Shown: positions 1-13,833 of the stretch, piece by piece
Position numbering within the stretch: the first letter of the stretch is position 1
Layout of the letters: each line of letters begins with the position of its first letter
Assembly: GCF_018977255.1 (NCBI RefSeq)
Contig: NW_024704742.1
Location: 25,298,001 to 25,362,000 of the forward strand
Origin: Callorhinchus milii
Lineage: Eukaryota
DNA: 64,000 nt
Direction: 5' to 3'
The notes under the pieces: generated by a model
What the model saw: only the letters and a program-made list of their open reading frames with translations
Told to the model about the DNA's origin: nothing
The model's database searches: none
Translations under genes and position numbers: made by a program

Positions 1-1182
1 TCTTGCCAGCTATGCATTCTTGTTCTGCCTGTGTAATTTGGGCACTCCGACAAGATACTTTAAAGATTTCCCTTTCATCTTCAAAAACACTATCCCCTGG
101 GGATTCCTCAGAGTGCAGGGCACAGTTGGAGAACTGAAATGTTATAGTTTATTACATGCAGACTCTTTGGCAGCTAGTTCACTTTTCTTAACTGAAGCTC
201 CACATGTCACTGTGCATTGACGTTGCTCATTGCACAGAGCTACACATGGTTGAGCAGGAGATTGGCATTCTAATGTCTTAGATGTGTTGCGTGACGTCTC
301 TACATTTAAGTGTGTCACATCCAAGAACAAGAGGGGTCAGTGGCTGACTAAGTTTACCAACACGTTTATACCCTGATAGCCATCTGTCCTTTGGATGGAG
401 TAGGATTATTTTTCTCATACTTTAGCACATCTTAATGCTCCCACTTACAGTTCTCTAACTTGAACTGGTAACACATATCACAGCACAGGCTTCAGCACCC
501 ATTACCTCCTACCTACCCCATCCATCAGGTAACGAAGCAGGTAATTGCTTGAGGACATCAGTAGTATGCATTCCATAGGCAGGTATTTTGTAACACTTTC
601 TGTGCATAGAGTTTCATATTCTTGAAATGCAGTATTACAGAAGTGACATTTGCAACAGTTCACAGTACATTTCCCTTGTGATAATAAACAGAATTTGGAC
701 CTCCTGCAAATTTGATCCATATTTTTGAAATATATGGGGTAAAATCTGCAGTATTCCTTATGTTTTCTTTAAATTAACTCAGGTGCTAATTTAAGAAACC
801 CCATCCCTTTGACTCCACTGTATTTCCCGTTACACATAGGTAGGATCCACAGTGATTCATGGGATTGACAGCATAACGGTTTTGTCCCTATTCACTGTAT
901 CCCGATGCTCATCTTGCAGGATGGGGGCTAAGTTAGATCCAAAGTGACTTGTCTGAAAATTAAAGATAGAAGTCGAGTGGATCGATTCTACACTGGGTCC
1001 GCAGTACATCAGGGCATTGTTGATGATGGATCAGCCAGTCTACCTCATTAGCGGGATTTGGATTAGCAGACCAGTCACTGGGGGCAAGGAATCTTCCCAC
1101 TCTGCCCATTTTAACTCTGCAATCCAAACCACTGATGGATTGGTCCTAGCTAGACAAGCAGTAGGAAACTTACGGGTGTTTG

Positions 1183-1408
1183 TAAAAGCAACAAATTACA
1201 TTTGTATATTGCCTTTCACGTCGGGAGAATGTCTCAAAGCGCTGAACAGTCAGGGATTTGGACCTGAGCTGGGGGTTGGGATCAGGAGGGGTGGAGGGCA
1301 GGGAGGATAGGGTCAGAGAGTGACCAAAGCCATGATTGAAGAGGATCTTGAGACAGGACTTGAACGAGGCAAAAGGAGGGAGCAAAGCAAAGGGACTGTG
1401 GGATATAG
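1183..1408 (-). mobile_element. L2-type LINE 3' end fragment
   Basis: Reverse complement matches the LINE tails at 32500-32600, 39000-39077 and 51290-51375. Confidence 0.8.
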
Positions 1409-1453
1409 TAAGAGGTGCGAGCTGTTTAAACTCCAGCAGACCCCTAATGCACT

Positions 1454-1771
1454 GTGGAGTCCTGCAGCTCAGTGGTTAGAGAACTCGCTTTGCAAGCGAG
1501 AGACCTGAGTTCAATTCCAGGCAGGGCGAAACCTAGGGCAAGTTTCCTTACTCCACACGCCTAATAATAATCCCTCCAAAACCATAAACAATAATAAATT
1601 GGTCATTTTCAATCTACGACTGTTTGTGGGACATTGCTGTGCGCAATTGGCTGCCGCGTTCACCCACAAATATATAGTCAATTCACTTTACAGTGTATTC
1701 TGTGAAGCGCTTTGGGACGTCCTCCTGACGTGAAAAGCGCTGTATCAAATGCAATGATTATTATTATTATT
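1454..1771 (+). mobile_element. tRNA-Ala-derived Deu-type SINE, young short subfamily A
   Basis: A box (cagctcagtgg), TGC anticodon stem-loop ctcgc-tttgcaa-gcgag, B box (gagttcaattcc), Deu core ctgtttgtgggacattgctgtgcgcaattggctgcc, L2-like tail, (tta)n end. Confidence 0.9.
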
Positions 1772-2585
1772 GTGTCCCTGAGCCTTGGCTCCTGCTAATC
1801 TGCTAATCTGCACCTAAACTCTCTAGGATTACAAAAGAAGGCTGTAACACTAAGGACACAATGCATACTCAGTAGTTTAGAGACTATTAAGCATGGTGAT
1901 GGGTTTCCAGTGTGTGAGATACCTAACCTATTGTTTTAAACGAAAAGAAAGCAACTATTGAATTCAGGGAAACTTTAGGATTTGTAACATGTGTGATTGT
2001 TGCCCTGGTTGTTTCTATGTCTAAAAGTGATTATGATGTTCTGAACTCAATAGGTGATGGAGGAAGGGTATTACCCCCATGACACGTAAATATCTCTGGG
2101 TCAATGGATACATATAAAACTGGGTCACGCAGTATTTCTACCTATGGCAGTAGCAGGAACTTGCCAGCAGCCCTCGAGGGAAAATCCGATTCCTCCGCCT
2201 TTCATCCTGACAATCGGACATATTTTTATTTTGTGTTTCCGAGCAAGACAAGGTTACACGCTTTCAGCTCAGTGACAATGAGCGTGGTTGAACACGGACG
2301 TGACTGGAACGTTTTGAGGGTGTTTGTGGCAGCCAGCTCCAGTTCAGACCTAATTAAATGCATCTTTTGGACAGTTGCACGTAGCTCTGATGTTCAAATT
2401 TGACATTTATTGAACATGTACTGAATGGAATATCCATCAACACCATAACTTATCTGGGTTACCACTGAATACTTGAAAAGAAGTATCGTATCTTACTATT
2501 CTGCCCTAGTGGTGCCCCTTGAGGAATCTAGGTCTATCCACCTGTATTCTGTGTGTATTTATATATAAGGCCTTCTGATGGATTG

Positions 2586-3020
2586 TGTCAGCTTAGCACT
2601 CTCCCCTCTGAGTCAGAAGATTCTGGGTTCAAGCCCCACGTCGGGACTTGGAATCATATTGTCTAAGCTAACACTCCAATGCAGTGCTGGGGGTGTGTGG
2701 CATTGCTGGAGGTGCCATCTTTCAGATGAGACATTAAACAAGGTCCCATCTGCCTGTTCAGGTGGACATTAAAGATCCCATGACACTATTCAAAAAGAGA
2801 AGGGAATTTCTCCCGGTGTTCTGGTCAACAAATATAATAATAATAAATTGGTCACTTCAATCCACAACTGTTTGCGGGACACTGCTATGAGCAATTGGCT
2901 GCCGTGTTTCGCCCACAAATATACAGTCGATTAACTTTACAGTATATTCTGTGAAGCACTTTGAGACGTCTCAAAAACATGATAAGGCATTATATCAAAT
3001 GCAAGGATAATTATTATTAT
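2586..3020 (+). mobile_element. Older full-length Deu-SINE, subfamily B (SacSINE1-like)
   Basis: tRNA-like head ctctgagtcagaag..gggttcaagcccc, Deu domain ggaggtgccatctttcagatgagac...aaagatcccatg, same 3' half as subfamily A. Confidence 0.8.
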
Positions 3021-3977
3021 ATACACTAACACACACACAGCTCAGCTTTACAGATGTGACTAGAGCAATTTTTATTATTTTGCAGCTTTTTTAATTGTGA
3101 TTGTATAATTGTGAATTGCAGAGCATTGACGAATGAAAACCGCACTACCAAGGGGACACAATAACAGCCCTGACTAGCAGTGGGCATTACAATGGAAAAA
3201 ATAAGTTATAAATTCGCACCATTAAGATTGTTGAGTTTACTGATGATCGCAGAATGCCCTCTACATCCTACTGTCTTAAATTTGAGACACCTCGACAATG
3301 TGATAAGGCGCTATACCAAATGCAAGGATTATTATTATCCCAGGCTAAGCATAGTGCCTGATATGCTATTGAGCCACATGGAGCAGCAAGATCCCATATT
3401 ATTGTTTGTTCACTCACAATACATGTATGTTTCCTTGTGCCTCAGGAAAAGACCCTTTTTGGAGCTGGTAGATAATGCACTGCTTTCTCTTTTATTTGAT
3501 TCAGTGAGTCTTCACTCCGAGGCCTTGGTACTGCTAGAGGATGTGTGACTGATGGTTGCTGCAGCGATACTTGATTTTGCTACCACTGCTTGACATTTTT
3601 CAGTGGAATGGGACAAGCTGTTTTATTCAACAGCTAGTCAACAATAGAATTTTAGGCAACACAAATCAGCCTGGCAGTAAAACTAGATGGCAGGATTCAA
3701 CAATAAAAATATTGGAGTCACGTATAAATATTATAGTTTCCTGTAGCTGTGATGACAGACGAGAATAGAGACTAGAGAGAAAGAGGGAGGCAGATGAGCA
3801 GAGAAGGTGAAAAATATTATTCCCAAGCACCTTGGGACGTCCTCCCGAAGTGAAAGGCACTACATAAATCCAAATTTGTATTGTATTTTGATCAAGTAAG
3901 CCAGTCTAGTTTGCATACATTCTGATAAAAAAAGAATAAGGATTTAGTTATTAGAACAACCAATTTTTTCTGGAGTG

Positions 3978-4227
3978 CTGTTGGCCAGGACACAGGGAGA
4001 AACTTTCTTCTCTTTTCAAATTTTGCTGTGGGATTTTTAATGTCCACCTGCACAGGCAGATGGGGTTTATAAGTTCATCCAAAAGATGGCACCTTTGACA
4101 AAGTAGGGCGCCCCCAACACTGCATTGGACAGTCAGCTAGTATATAAGATTAAAGTCCCAATGTGGGGCTTGAACCCACATTTTTCTGACTCAGAGGCGA
4201 GAGTACTGTTGTCTGAGCCAGGCTGAC
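3978..4227 (-). mobile_element. Deu-SINE subfamily B, 5' half
   Basis: Reverse complement of the head and Deu domain at 2586-2830. Confidence 0.75.
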
Positions 4228-6684
4228 TGCTTCCATACAGGAGAAAATATTTTTGCAATTTAAAAAATAAATATTCTCCAGATTTAGCTACGAAATAAAA
4301 TGTCACCTACATAATTGCGGCAATTAAAGCCAGAAGACAGTATCATCAAATATTACATGTTTAAAATTGCATGGCTAATTACTGCTGCTTCCAATGATAA
4401 AGATATAGGTCAAGGATAAAGGGATTTTGTCCAACTAATGAAATTTGTCATTTCAGCAAGTCAGGTTATCATAAATTGCTCTAAATCACTGCATTACAAA
4501 GTTCAAACAGAAGCAAATTAGTAATTTATAATAAAGTCATTGACATATAGTTGCCTATAAATACAGTCAGTAAACTTCGCAAAAATTCCCTGTGATGCAA
4601 TTTGAGACTTTTAGGTGTTGTCGGCATCAAATGCAAGATCACTATTACTCTTAATATATTATTATTATTATAGTATAGATCTGTGACAAGACTGGAATGG
4701 CAACACTGGAATAATGTGATAGATAATTTCAATGATACGTATTTAACATTAATTTATATACTAAGCAGAAGTTCTCTGTTGCAGCTTAATTTACTTGTCA
4801 GTAAAAAGAATAGCAGTTGTTTCCATTGGATTCAGGCCAGTATGTTATTGAGAAGTTTGAAATAACACCTAGAAGGCCTAAAGGGATGTATGTCTGTCTA
4901 TAAATCATCAGCCATCTGCTATTATGTACAACTGGTTCAAAATACTTGTTTTTCTACCAATTGTGAGGGATGGACAGCAGAGTGTCATGGTGAGGGTTGC
5001 ACAAGTACAGAAACCTGATCGTTCATTTCCTGGCTATTTGTAGACCATTGCTGTGCACAAATTGGCTGCGACTTAATTTACAAAATAAGTCTCTAAACTT
5101 TACAGTAAATTCTGTGAAGCGCTTTGAGGCGTCCTCCTAATGTGAAAGGCTAATTTGTTTTGTAGCTAATGCAATATCAAATGTAAAGATTATTATGCAA
5201 TGTGGTCTATCATACTTTAAGCGCTGAAATATGGTGATCTTGTTATGAATTTCTAGTGAGATTTTCCCAATAACAATAAGATGGCAATGTTTGGCATTTA
5301 GTATATTGTAGACTCCAGTAGACTGAGTTGATGTATGACATGTGTATGGACAAGTAGTGCATCCTGATTATTGGCAAAGATTTGGAAAGTATTATAATAA
5401 TACTTTCATTTGATTTAGCACCTTACCAAGTCGTAGAGACGTCTCAAAGCACGTCACCGATGTGGAGTAAGGAAACTTGACCAAGGTTTCACCCTGCCTA
5501 GGAATTGAACCTGGGTCCTCTTGCTTGCAAGACATATAAAGCAACTGCCAGGATGGTAGAAGGTGAAATAGATGGGTCTTCGTCTTCTTTCACCTAGCAA
5601 ATTCTTATGTTCTTATGAGTGCTCTAACCAATACACCTCACGAATCCAGGAATACTTAACTTATTCATCAGTTGAAAGGAATTGGTGCTGAATGTACCTG
5701 GATAGTTCTTAATTGAGTTGCTTTGTATCTATTCACAGTCAGATGACACAGGTAATTGTGGACTTATAGTTTTCTAGATAGTTTTCTTTTAGGAAATAAC
5801 ATTATGGGATATAGTACATAGGGAGTTTGGGACATATGTGCGTGGGACTGCCAGGAAGGTGGAAGGTCTTTTCTCGTCTAGCATTTCTTATATTCTTATG
5901 ACTTTAGTGTCTTGTAGGCAAAGGTGGTTCTGGAGCTTCGCTTACCTCCAGCTCTCAGAGCCTCATTCACACTTCTTCACCTTTTGAGTCTTCGGACATT
6001 GGCCTCCCTACAGCCTCCATTTTGCCTAAGTCCCAATTCATCCAGAACCCTCTAAGCCCATAATGCAGCAATTGCAAATATTATTTTTATTATTATTTTA
6101 TTCTTAAGTTCCTTGTGCCCTTTGCCACAGTCTCCTGGGAATTAACATGATGAACCTCAGGGCATTTTTCACTCCTCGTCTATGTGTTCTCAACACATTT
6201 GTGAGAAACTAAATCTCAGGATCCAACAACAAAATGTTGTAATATATACAGGTCCTGTGTGTGTATGTATGTATATTTTATATATTACAGCTAGTTGTGG
6301 CTGTGACAACATGCTAGAAGTTAGAGAGACAAGCAGGGTGACAGTATGGATTGAATAAGGCCGCAACATTTGTTTGGATTGGATTAAAAACAGATTTAAT
6401 CTATTCATTACTTGAAACAAGTAATTTATAGATTACATTTATTACTTGAAACAAATCTGTTAAAGGAATGATAAATTCATTGGAATGACAGTCTGGAGTA
6501 ATTGTTATATAATCAGGTGAACTACAAATCATCGGGGGGAGGTGATTTTGATGTCTTTTGGGAAAGGTATGTTCCAAAGCCAACGTTCAGGAGTTCACCT
6601 CTAATGTGTGTTGTTATATTTAGCTTGGAAAGTCCTTACGAGTTTGATAAAAAAGTGCTTAGGGACCTCTGTGTACTTGTTTAT

Positions 6685-7023
6685 CAGTCTGGCTCAGTGG
6701 TAGCACTTTCGCCTCTGAGTCAGAGGCTGTGAGTTTAACCCCCAAGCCAGGTAGCGTTGTCAGATGAGATGTTAAACCCATGTCCTATCTACATGTTCAG
6801 GTGGATGTTAAAGATTCCACAGCGCTATTCAAAAAGAGAAACAAGTTTCTTCCATTATCCTGACCAACAGTCCCCCAAATAAAATTGTTCACTCACTCCA
6901 TGGCTGTTTGGCACATTGCTGTGTTTTGCTCACAAAATACTGTGAATCCACTTTACGCTAATATCCTGTGAAGAGCTGAGAGACATCTCAAAGATTTGAT
7001 CAAATGCAAGAATTATTATTATT
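6685..7023 (+). mobile_element. Deu-SINE subfamily B, internally deleted
   Basis: ctggctcagtggtagcactttcgcctctgagtcag head through the caaatgcaagaattattatt tail. Confidence 0.75.
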
Positions 7024-7924
7024 ACGCCAAATGCCATTTGGGACGTATTTGGGGAATACATGAACAATATTTATGGCAGGTGATGTTTTAGTCATTGTGC
7101 AGAATTCCACGAATAGCTTAAAGTTGAAATAACAAGTAACTTTTATGATGGGATTTTATGACCCACTGTCTTTCATGAGGTTATAACCTGTTTTTATAAA
7201 TACAATGAGGCTGGTCCTAATTTTGTGTGGATATCTACTGTACTCATGAGAATAAACAGTTGATGTTAAATCTAAAATCAATGGTATTTATTAAACATAT
7301 TAAACTATTAGACATATTAAACTTGGTGGAATTGTGCAGCTTAGTGATTAATACAAGGCTGTGAACCAGAGCTCTGTCTAATTGTGAAAAGCCAGGGTAA
7401 AAGAAAACAACAACAAGTTGCATTTATATGGCAGTAAACAGCACTCATAAAGAGAATGAGATCCTTTAATGTCCACCTGAATAGGCAGCAGGGCTCTTAT
7501 TTTAACATCTCATCTAAAGAACGGTACCTCCAATAATGCCGCAACCCCACCTCCCACCCTCATGGTGATTCAATTACTTTAATTATTTCCTAAATAATGT
7601 CTGGGCTACTGGCAAGTGCCAAACACAGACACAAGCAATGTGTCAAACAGAGACAGTTACAGGCACTGCACTAAGCAGATATAGATACTGCGTCAAACAG
7701 AGAATTGATACAATAATAATCCTTGCATAGCTTATCACATTGCCAAAGTATCAAGGGTCTTCACAGGATCACAGGATTGTGAAATGTCTGTGTAAATGTA
7801 GGTGAAGAATTTTAGATAAAGCATTACATTAAACAGAATAAATAATCCAGCAAATATCTGTATGCAAGTTGAGTGAAGGCTGCCTGACATACAAAATAGA
7901 TGAAAAATTGATATTAGCAAACTA

Positions 7925-8292
7925 GTCTCTCGTGTTCAAATCCTGTCACTCTCTGACACCTCCCTACCTCTCCGACCTCCTCATTCCCCAATCCACCACC
8001 AGGCGCCTGCGCTCGACTGGCATCAGCCTTCTGCTCGTCCCTCGCACCCTCTGCCCCACCATGGAAGGTCGCGCTTTCAGCCACTACACCCGAAACTCTG
8101 GAACACTCTCCCTCAATCCCTTCGCCTTGCCCCCTCTCTCCCCTTTTTCAAGTCCCGCCTGAAAACCTTTCTCTTCACGGCCGTCATCCCCCGTCCTCCC
8201 CTCCCCTGCTCCGGTTCGGAGTCAGGCTCTGTTAAGCGCTCTGAGATGCTACCCTGCGTGGAATGCACCATATAAGTGCAAATTATTGTTGT
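7925..8292 (+). mobile_element. L2-type LINE 3' end (second tail type)
   Basis: ORF2 C-terminus FKSCHSLTPPYLSDLL..R.LRS..LLLVP..GRAFS, followed by the gcgctctgagatgct..ataagtgcaaattattgttg tail. Confidence 0.85.
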
Positions 8293-9734
8293 ACAGAGGA
8301 GTTCAGTTCCAAATTTTATCTGAAGGTTTGAGTTTTCATGATTTCCCCCAAGAGCTAAGTTTAATTTAAAGTCCTCCCACATACTTGTCCTCCACATCCT
8401 TTGGAAACTGAACCTGAGAGATTTTAAAGAATCACAACTTACTGAGTTTCGTTGGGCAAAGACAGGTGTGTGGTGTGTGTGATTTGCTGTGTTTCTAAGC
8501 TTTGCATACCAATACCACTGGGGGATTGCACAAAGCCACACATTCATGGAACATATTCCTCCCAAAGCAGAAGGAGAGATGGTTTTCAGCAGTTCTAAGA
8601 TTTTAGATTTCTTCCAATATTGATGAGATTAAATTTTTTTTAGGTGGGATTTACTGAAATGATTTTGTTTCTGGTTGATAAGCCTAACCCACCCATCAGG
8701 CATCCTGAACAGACATCTCATCAGGAAAGCCTTCAGAATTGCTAGCATGTGATACCTTCCATCAGATATTTGGTGTCTCAGACCAGTTTAGATAGCGAAG
8801 ATTGGGGGAGAGAGATGGGCGGATTTAAGGAGAGACTTCCAGAAAGTGGGGACAAAGTAGCTGAAAGCCCGCATAAGGTGGCAAAAGTGGAAAAAACGTT
8901 CTGTTCTCTGGCATTACCTCACTTTAGTGAACACAGCAATTCACCAGGTATTGATCACTGGGACTTCCTCCAGACGTGAAAGGCGCTATACAAATGTAGA
9001 ATCCTACAGCACCCATCATGCCTGTGCAGGCTCTTTGAAAGAGCTATCCAAATAGTCGCACTTCCCTGCTCTTTCACCATATCCTTGCAAAGTGCATATC
9101 CAATTCCCTTTTGAAACTTATTATTGAATCAGTGCAGTGCATTATTGCAGTGTCCCACAAACAGTCATGGATTGAGGCAGATTTCGAAGGCAGGTCGGGC
9201 AAATTATACTTTTGTTTAGGGATCATTATGTCCGGAAAAGCGATCCGTCAATTGACTAACAATCGAGTTCCTACTTACTGCTAGGTAAACAGGGCGTGTG
9301 GAGTAAGGAAACTTGCCCAACATTTCGCCCTGCCCGGGAATCGAACCCAGGTCTCTCACTTCCGTGGCATTTGAAGGGGTATGGGGATAGGTCAGGGCAT
9401 TGAGATTCAATGAACATCTTGTTCTGAGAGCCAGTACAGACTCAATAGGCCGAATGGCCTCCTCTGTGCTGTGAGTATCTCATGATTCTATAGTTATTTT
9501 CTCATGCTTTAAGACATTACACTCAACCGTTTAAGAACTTCGGAGACTTATGTGTGAGTGTGTAGGTGAGGTACGTTTACGGAGTTTTAATACTATTGCT
9601 GAAGTCTATTCTGTTTGAATGGTAAGAATTAATCTGTGGGCTGTAGAAGGTTTTTGTATCTTGTGATCTTGTAATGGAATTGATTGTCTTTCTTTAGCAC
9701 CAGATAAATGCCCACTATCATCGTTTGTTTTCAG

Positions 9735-9922
9735 GATTTCAAGTCTTTCTTGGAAAAGAAGATGTCACGAAGGAAATGGAAGAGGTCCAGAGAGAGAAAA
9801 GGAACCAGAAGAACGTTAACTTGGTGTCTGTCTGTAAACTGTTGCAAAAACGTTCCATGCGCTGGCAGATCATCACGGTTATTGTCACCATGGCCAGTTA
9901 CCAGCTCTGCGGTCTGAATGCC
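9735..9922 (+). CDS. SLC2A9: SLC2A9/GLUT9 internal coding exon (cytoplasmic loop into TM7)
   Basis: tttgttttcag| ... |gtaagt; 188 nt; encodes FQVFLGKEDVTKEMEEVQREK...[21 protein letters not shown], matching human GLUT9 FQTFLGKADV...[21 protein letters not shown] (recalled sequence). Confidence 0.95.
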
Positions 9923-10078
9923 GTAAGTATACCAGCGATGCTATTGAATCTTTCAAGATGAAAAACTGCATCCCATTAGAAAAAGCACTTGAGAAAACGT
10001 GCAGGAAATACCATGCACATCACACCGACTTATGAGAACTCTGCTCCGAGCTGATGTCAGGTCAGAGCAGAGGTTAGG

Positions 10079-10485
10079 TGTCAGCCGTGCTCGGTTGTTA
10101 GGACTCTCACCTTTGAGCCTCGAGACTGTGGGTTCAAAATTTCCCATCAAGACTTGAGCTCACAGTTTTAGGCTAACACTCCAGTGTATTTTTGGTGAAC
10201 ACTGCATTGTTGGAGGTGCTGTCCTTCGGATGACATATTTGACACCTTTGAATGAGGTGAGCACTCAATTTGTGCTTGTGCAGAAGAATATTAAAGATCC
10301 CACAAAACTATTCAAGAAGAAAAATTTGTCTTTCATTTCTTGGCAAATTGTGGGACATTATTAGGAACAAATTGATGGTTACGTTCACCTACAAATACAG
10401 TCACTGCAATTTCCAAAAAAATTAATTGATAGTTTGAGAAGTTTTGATGTGAAAGGCGCTATGTCAAATGCAAGAATTATTATTA
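10079..10485 (+). mobile_element. Deu-SINE subfamily B
   Basis: Diverged head, Deu domain and tail, starting about 160 nt after the first exon. Confidence 0.7.
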
Positions 10486-11089
10486 CTGTATGTTGGTGTG
10501 GCAAATATTTTTTGTGATACCCTACCGTAGATAGTTAATGTCCCAAGGTACATTTTCTAGACCTTTTACTGCTATGGGCCACCTTTCTCTGTAGCTCACC
10601 TGGGAGTTGGTTTAATATTCGCTCAGAGTTAATGATCTCACGGGGATCAGTACTAGTTGTCAGTACTAGTCTTCAATGTAAAACGCAGAGTGTATTTGAT
10701 GAATGGTTCAATGTTCTTGATGGCACCGCACTTACCAGCCTAATTCAGATAATATGAGAACAACTTGCATTTACATTGCACCATTCATACCGGACATGAG
10801 GTGTTCAATGAATGCATTTAATTTCAGTTTGCTTACAGAAGATTAAGAAATGTAGTTGGATAGATAGTGAAGTGGGTATGAGATTCCACTTTATGAAAGG
10901 ATGCTAAGTGCATCTATTATTTATTTGCAAAGTAAGAGCTTTGAAGTGTCCTTGTATTCTACATGGAGATTTGTGCTTGAAATCTGCCTGAAGCATAAAA
11001 CGTGCCTGTTAGTTCTCAAAAAATAGGCATCAGGAGAGAGAAATTCCTCAACAGCAACTTGCCTTTACCGAATATAGTGTCATTAGCGC

Positions 11090-11545
11090 AAACAAAAATA
11101 ACTTGCACTTATACAGCACCCTCCGAGCAAGGTGGCGTCTCAGACGCTTAACAGAGGCAGAGTTTGGTTCTGAGCCGGGGGTTGGGGGGAGATGACCATA
11201 AGCGCGGTCAAAAAAGGCTTTAAGGCGGGAATTGTAAAAGGGGAGAGAGGTGGCAAGCCGGAGAGATTGAGGGAGAGTGTTCCAAAGTTTTGGGGCTTAG
11301 TGGCTGAAAGCGCGACCTCCAATGGTGGAGCGGGACGTGCGAGGGACAAGCAGGAGGCCAGAGCCAGTCGAGCAGAGGCACCGGTTGGTAGATTGGGGGG
11401 TGAGCAGGTCGACGAGGGAGGGAGGTGCCAGGGAGTGAAGCGATTTGAAAATGAGTGTGAGGATCTTGAAGTCGATCCGTTCGATGATGGGGAGCCAGTG
11501 GAGCCTGGCCAAAACTGCTGAGATGAGGGTACGGAGTTTTGTCCG
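11090..11545 (-). mobile_element. L2-type LINE 3' end
   Basis: Minus ORF LARLHWLPIIERIDFKILTLIFKSLHSLAPPSL..GGRAFS (L2 ORF2 C-terminus, LHWLP motif). Confidence 0.88.
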
Positions 11546-11552
11546 GGTATGT

Positions 11553-11790
11553 ACAACAAACAACAACAACAAACTTACATTTGTAAAGCGCCTTTCATGT
11601 CATCAGGACATCCCAAAGTACTGAGCAGTCGGGGATCAGTACCTAACCGTGGGGAGGAAGGGCTGGTTTGGGATGAGGGAGGGCAGAGGGGGTAGGAGGG
11701 CTGCTGAAAGCACACCGTCAAAAATGAGGGAGACGAGACGAGGGAGGGAGCAAGGCGAAGGCATTGTGGGATGGAATTCCAAAGGGTGGG
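11553..11790 (-). mobile_element. L2-type LINE 3' end, tandem to the previous copy
   Basis: (caa)n tail plus cttacatttgtaaagcgcctttcatg; different tail type from the neighbouring copy. Confidence 0.8.
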
Positions 11791-13722
11791 GGCAGAGAGG
11801 CTGTTCAGCGGCTCGTACCTGGCTCTTCAGTGAGCGGAGGTGGGTGGTGAACTTTACAGCATTACCGCAATGTTGCTGACTGATTCTCTTTACAGTGTTA
11901 TCCCCAGTATCAATGACTGATGCTCTTCCCCCCCCACCCAAGCTCATTTACACTGACTGCCAGAAAAATCCATGCGGAACAGCTGTGATCTCGGTTCCAA
12001 ATCTTTTCTGTCCCATCTAAGCGTCTCTAAATCAACAAATTACCCAATAAACATCCACTTTATCTAAATTGCGATTTTCATTCTGATGTTATTGGACAAG
12101 ACCAACTTGTATTTATATAGCACACCTCATGCAGGATAGAGTCTTGGAGCACTGATACCTAATAGATATAAACGATGTTAGTACCTCGTTGCAAAGAGCA
12201 TTGGTCAGTGTCATTGGGAAAATGGCAATGCTTATTTTCTTGATTCAGTAACTGATCTGAGTATTTTGCGTAGTTCTGGCTCAATAGAAAAATTTGCATT
12301 TTTGAGTCTGAAACTTTCAAACTGTTCTTTAGATCCTGGCATAGAGTGGAGCTGGGAGTCACAGTGTTTTAGCAGTAACTGCCCCCACTGAAGTCTGTGA
12401 AATATTGTGATAGAATGCTTGCTCATTTCTCTTGCATTTGTCATTTCTTTTTCGATTGGGGTGCACTCCTAAAGCAGTGAAATAAATGGCTCTTTAAATA
12501 TACATTCAGCATAGTTACGGGGCAACTGTTTGCAGTCTTATTGAAAATCATTGTGAGCTGACATTTAATTACAGTTCTATTTATGGGTTTTAACCTAAGT
12601 GTGGGTGCCTGCTGTCCTATCCAGACGTCAGGTTCACATTGAGATTGTCACGTGGGGGCTTTGAGCATAACTAAAGTGGATTTAAAAAGAAATCTCTGGT
12701 GCAAGAAAGGGCCATTAAGGGTGAGGGCCATTCTATCAATTTGATAAGTCATATCCAAGGCTCTCATAAAACACAGGAAGCATTGCACATTGTCCTAAAT
12801 GGCAATAAATTCCATTGAGAGAAAGAAAATAATCGATTGCAGTATATCGATACATTAAAATATGGGAGGTTTTCTAGAAGCAATGATGCACAGCTTTTCA
12901 TAGCAGCTATTTGTGTTTTAAGACTATTGACTAACTTGAGTTTAAAAAAATAAGAAGTCCCTTAAACCAATTCCTCAATAGACAGCTAAAACATCACTCT
13001 GGTAGCTTGGCAATCCCAGTTAATTTCACAGTGAGCGCACTTTTATTTGCTGGGTCTAATCAGAATCGAATCTTGTTGAGAGATTTAGTGCCATTATTAG
13101 GTTGAGAGCAAACCATAATGACTGGAAGAGTAAAGGTGAAATATGGAACCACTATTAGGGAAAAAGAAGCCATAAAAAACAGACTGCTGAAAAATAAATT
13201 ATTTCCTTCGGGTTGGTGCGAATAGATTGTCATTGATGGGAAGACCAGTAGTCTCTGACTAACCCCATTTGAAAAATTGTTCTGTTTTTTCATTCATACT
13301 TTTGATTCAATCTATTCGAACTACTTTGTACTATGCCCTGCACTAAATGATAAGATTGTAAGAACTTGCTTTGATGTATAGGCTGAAATTAGCAGTGTTT
13401 ATGAAACGCCATTAAATTACCTCCTCCCATAATCTTGCTTAAATGCCAATTTTGCTTGATTGGACACACTTAGATTCTCCGTTCAGCTCACGTAAGTGTG
13501 TTCAGTACCTGCAATACTATAGTGAAATTGTTATCAGTCTCCTTAATTATTTGTACAGAATATATTCAGCTCACAGTTTAACAGATAAAAGGGCAAAATC
13601 CAGCAGTCGTCAAATGCCGTTTTTGCCATGTGTGTGTGTCTGTCAGTCTTTCCCAGTGCTTGCAGGTTGGGTCTGGTTTGATGCATCTTGAACTGTTTCA
13701 TTTGCTCTTTCTTCCATTGCAG

Positions 13723-13833
13723 ATTTGGTTTTACACAAGCAGCATCTTCAAAGAGGCTGGTATCCAGGAGCATCAAATACCCTACATCACCCTGTCTACT
13801 GGAGGCATTGAGATTCTGGCTTCACTTGTTTCT
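13723..13833 (+). CDS. SLC2A9: SLC2A9/GLUT9 coding exon (TM7-TM8)
   Basis: tctttcttccattgcag| ... |gtaagt; 111 nt, phase 0/0; [37 protein letters not shown]. Confidence 0.96.

Larger units (their letters stand above)
990..1930 (+). repeat. Unclassified repeat family C copy, interrupted by an L2 3' end and a SINE
   Basis: Shares gggcattgttgatga...ggtcctagctagacaagcag (990-1172) and agccttggctc...aagcatggtgatgggtttcc (1777-1930) with the copy at ~24900. Confidence 0.7.

Noticed and set aside
2104..2403. ORF containing YFYFVFPSKTR, resembling the GLUT TM12 PETK motif
   Set aside because: It is upstream of the TM7 exon (wrong order), with no TM12 hydrophobic stretch and no fitting splice acceptor.
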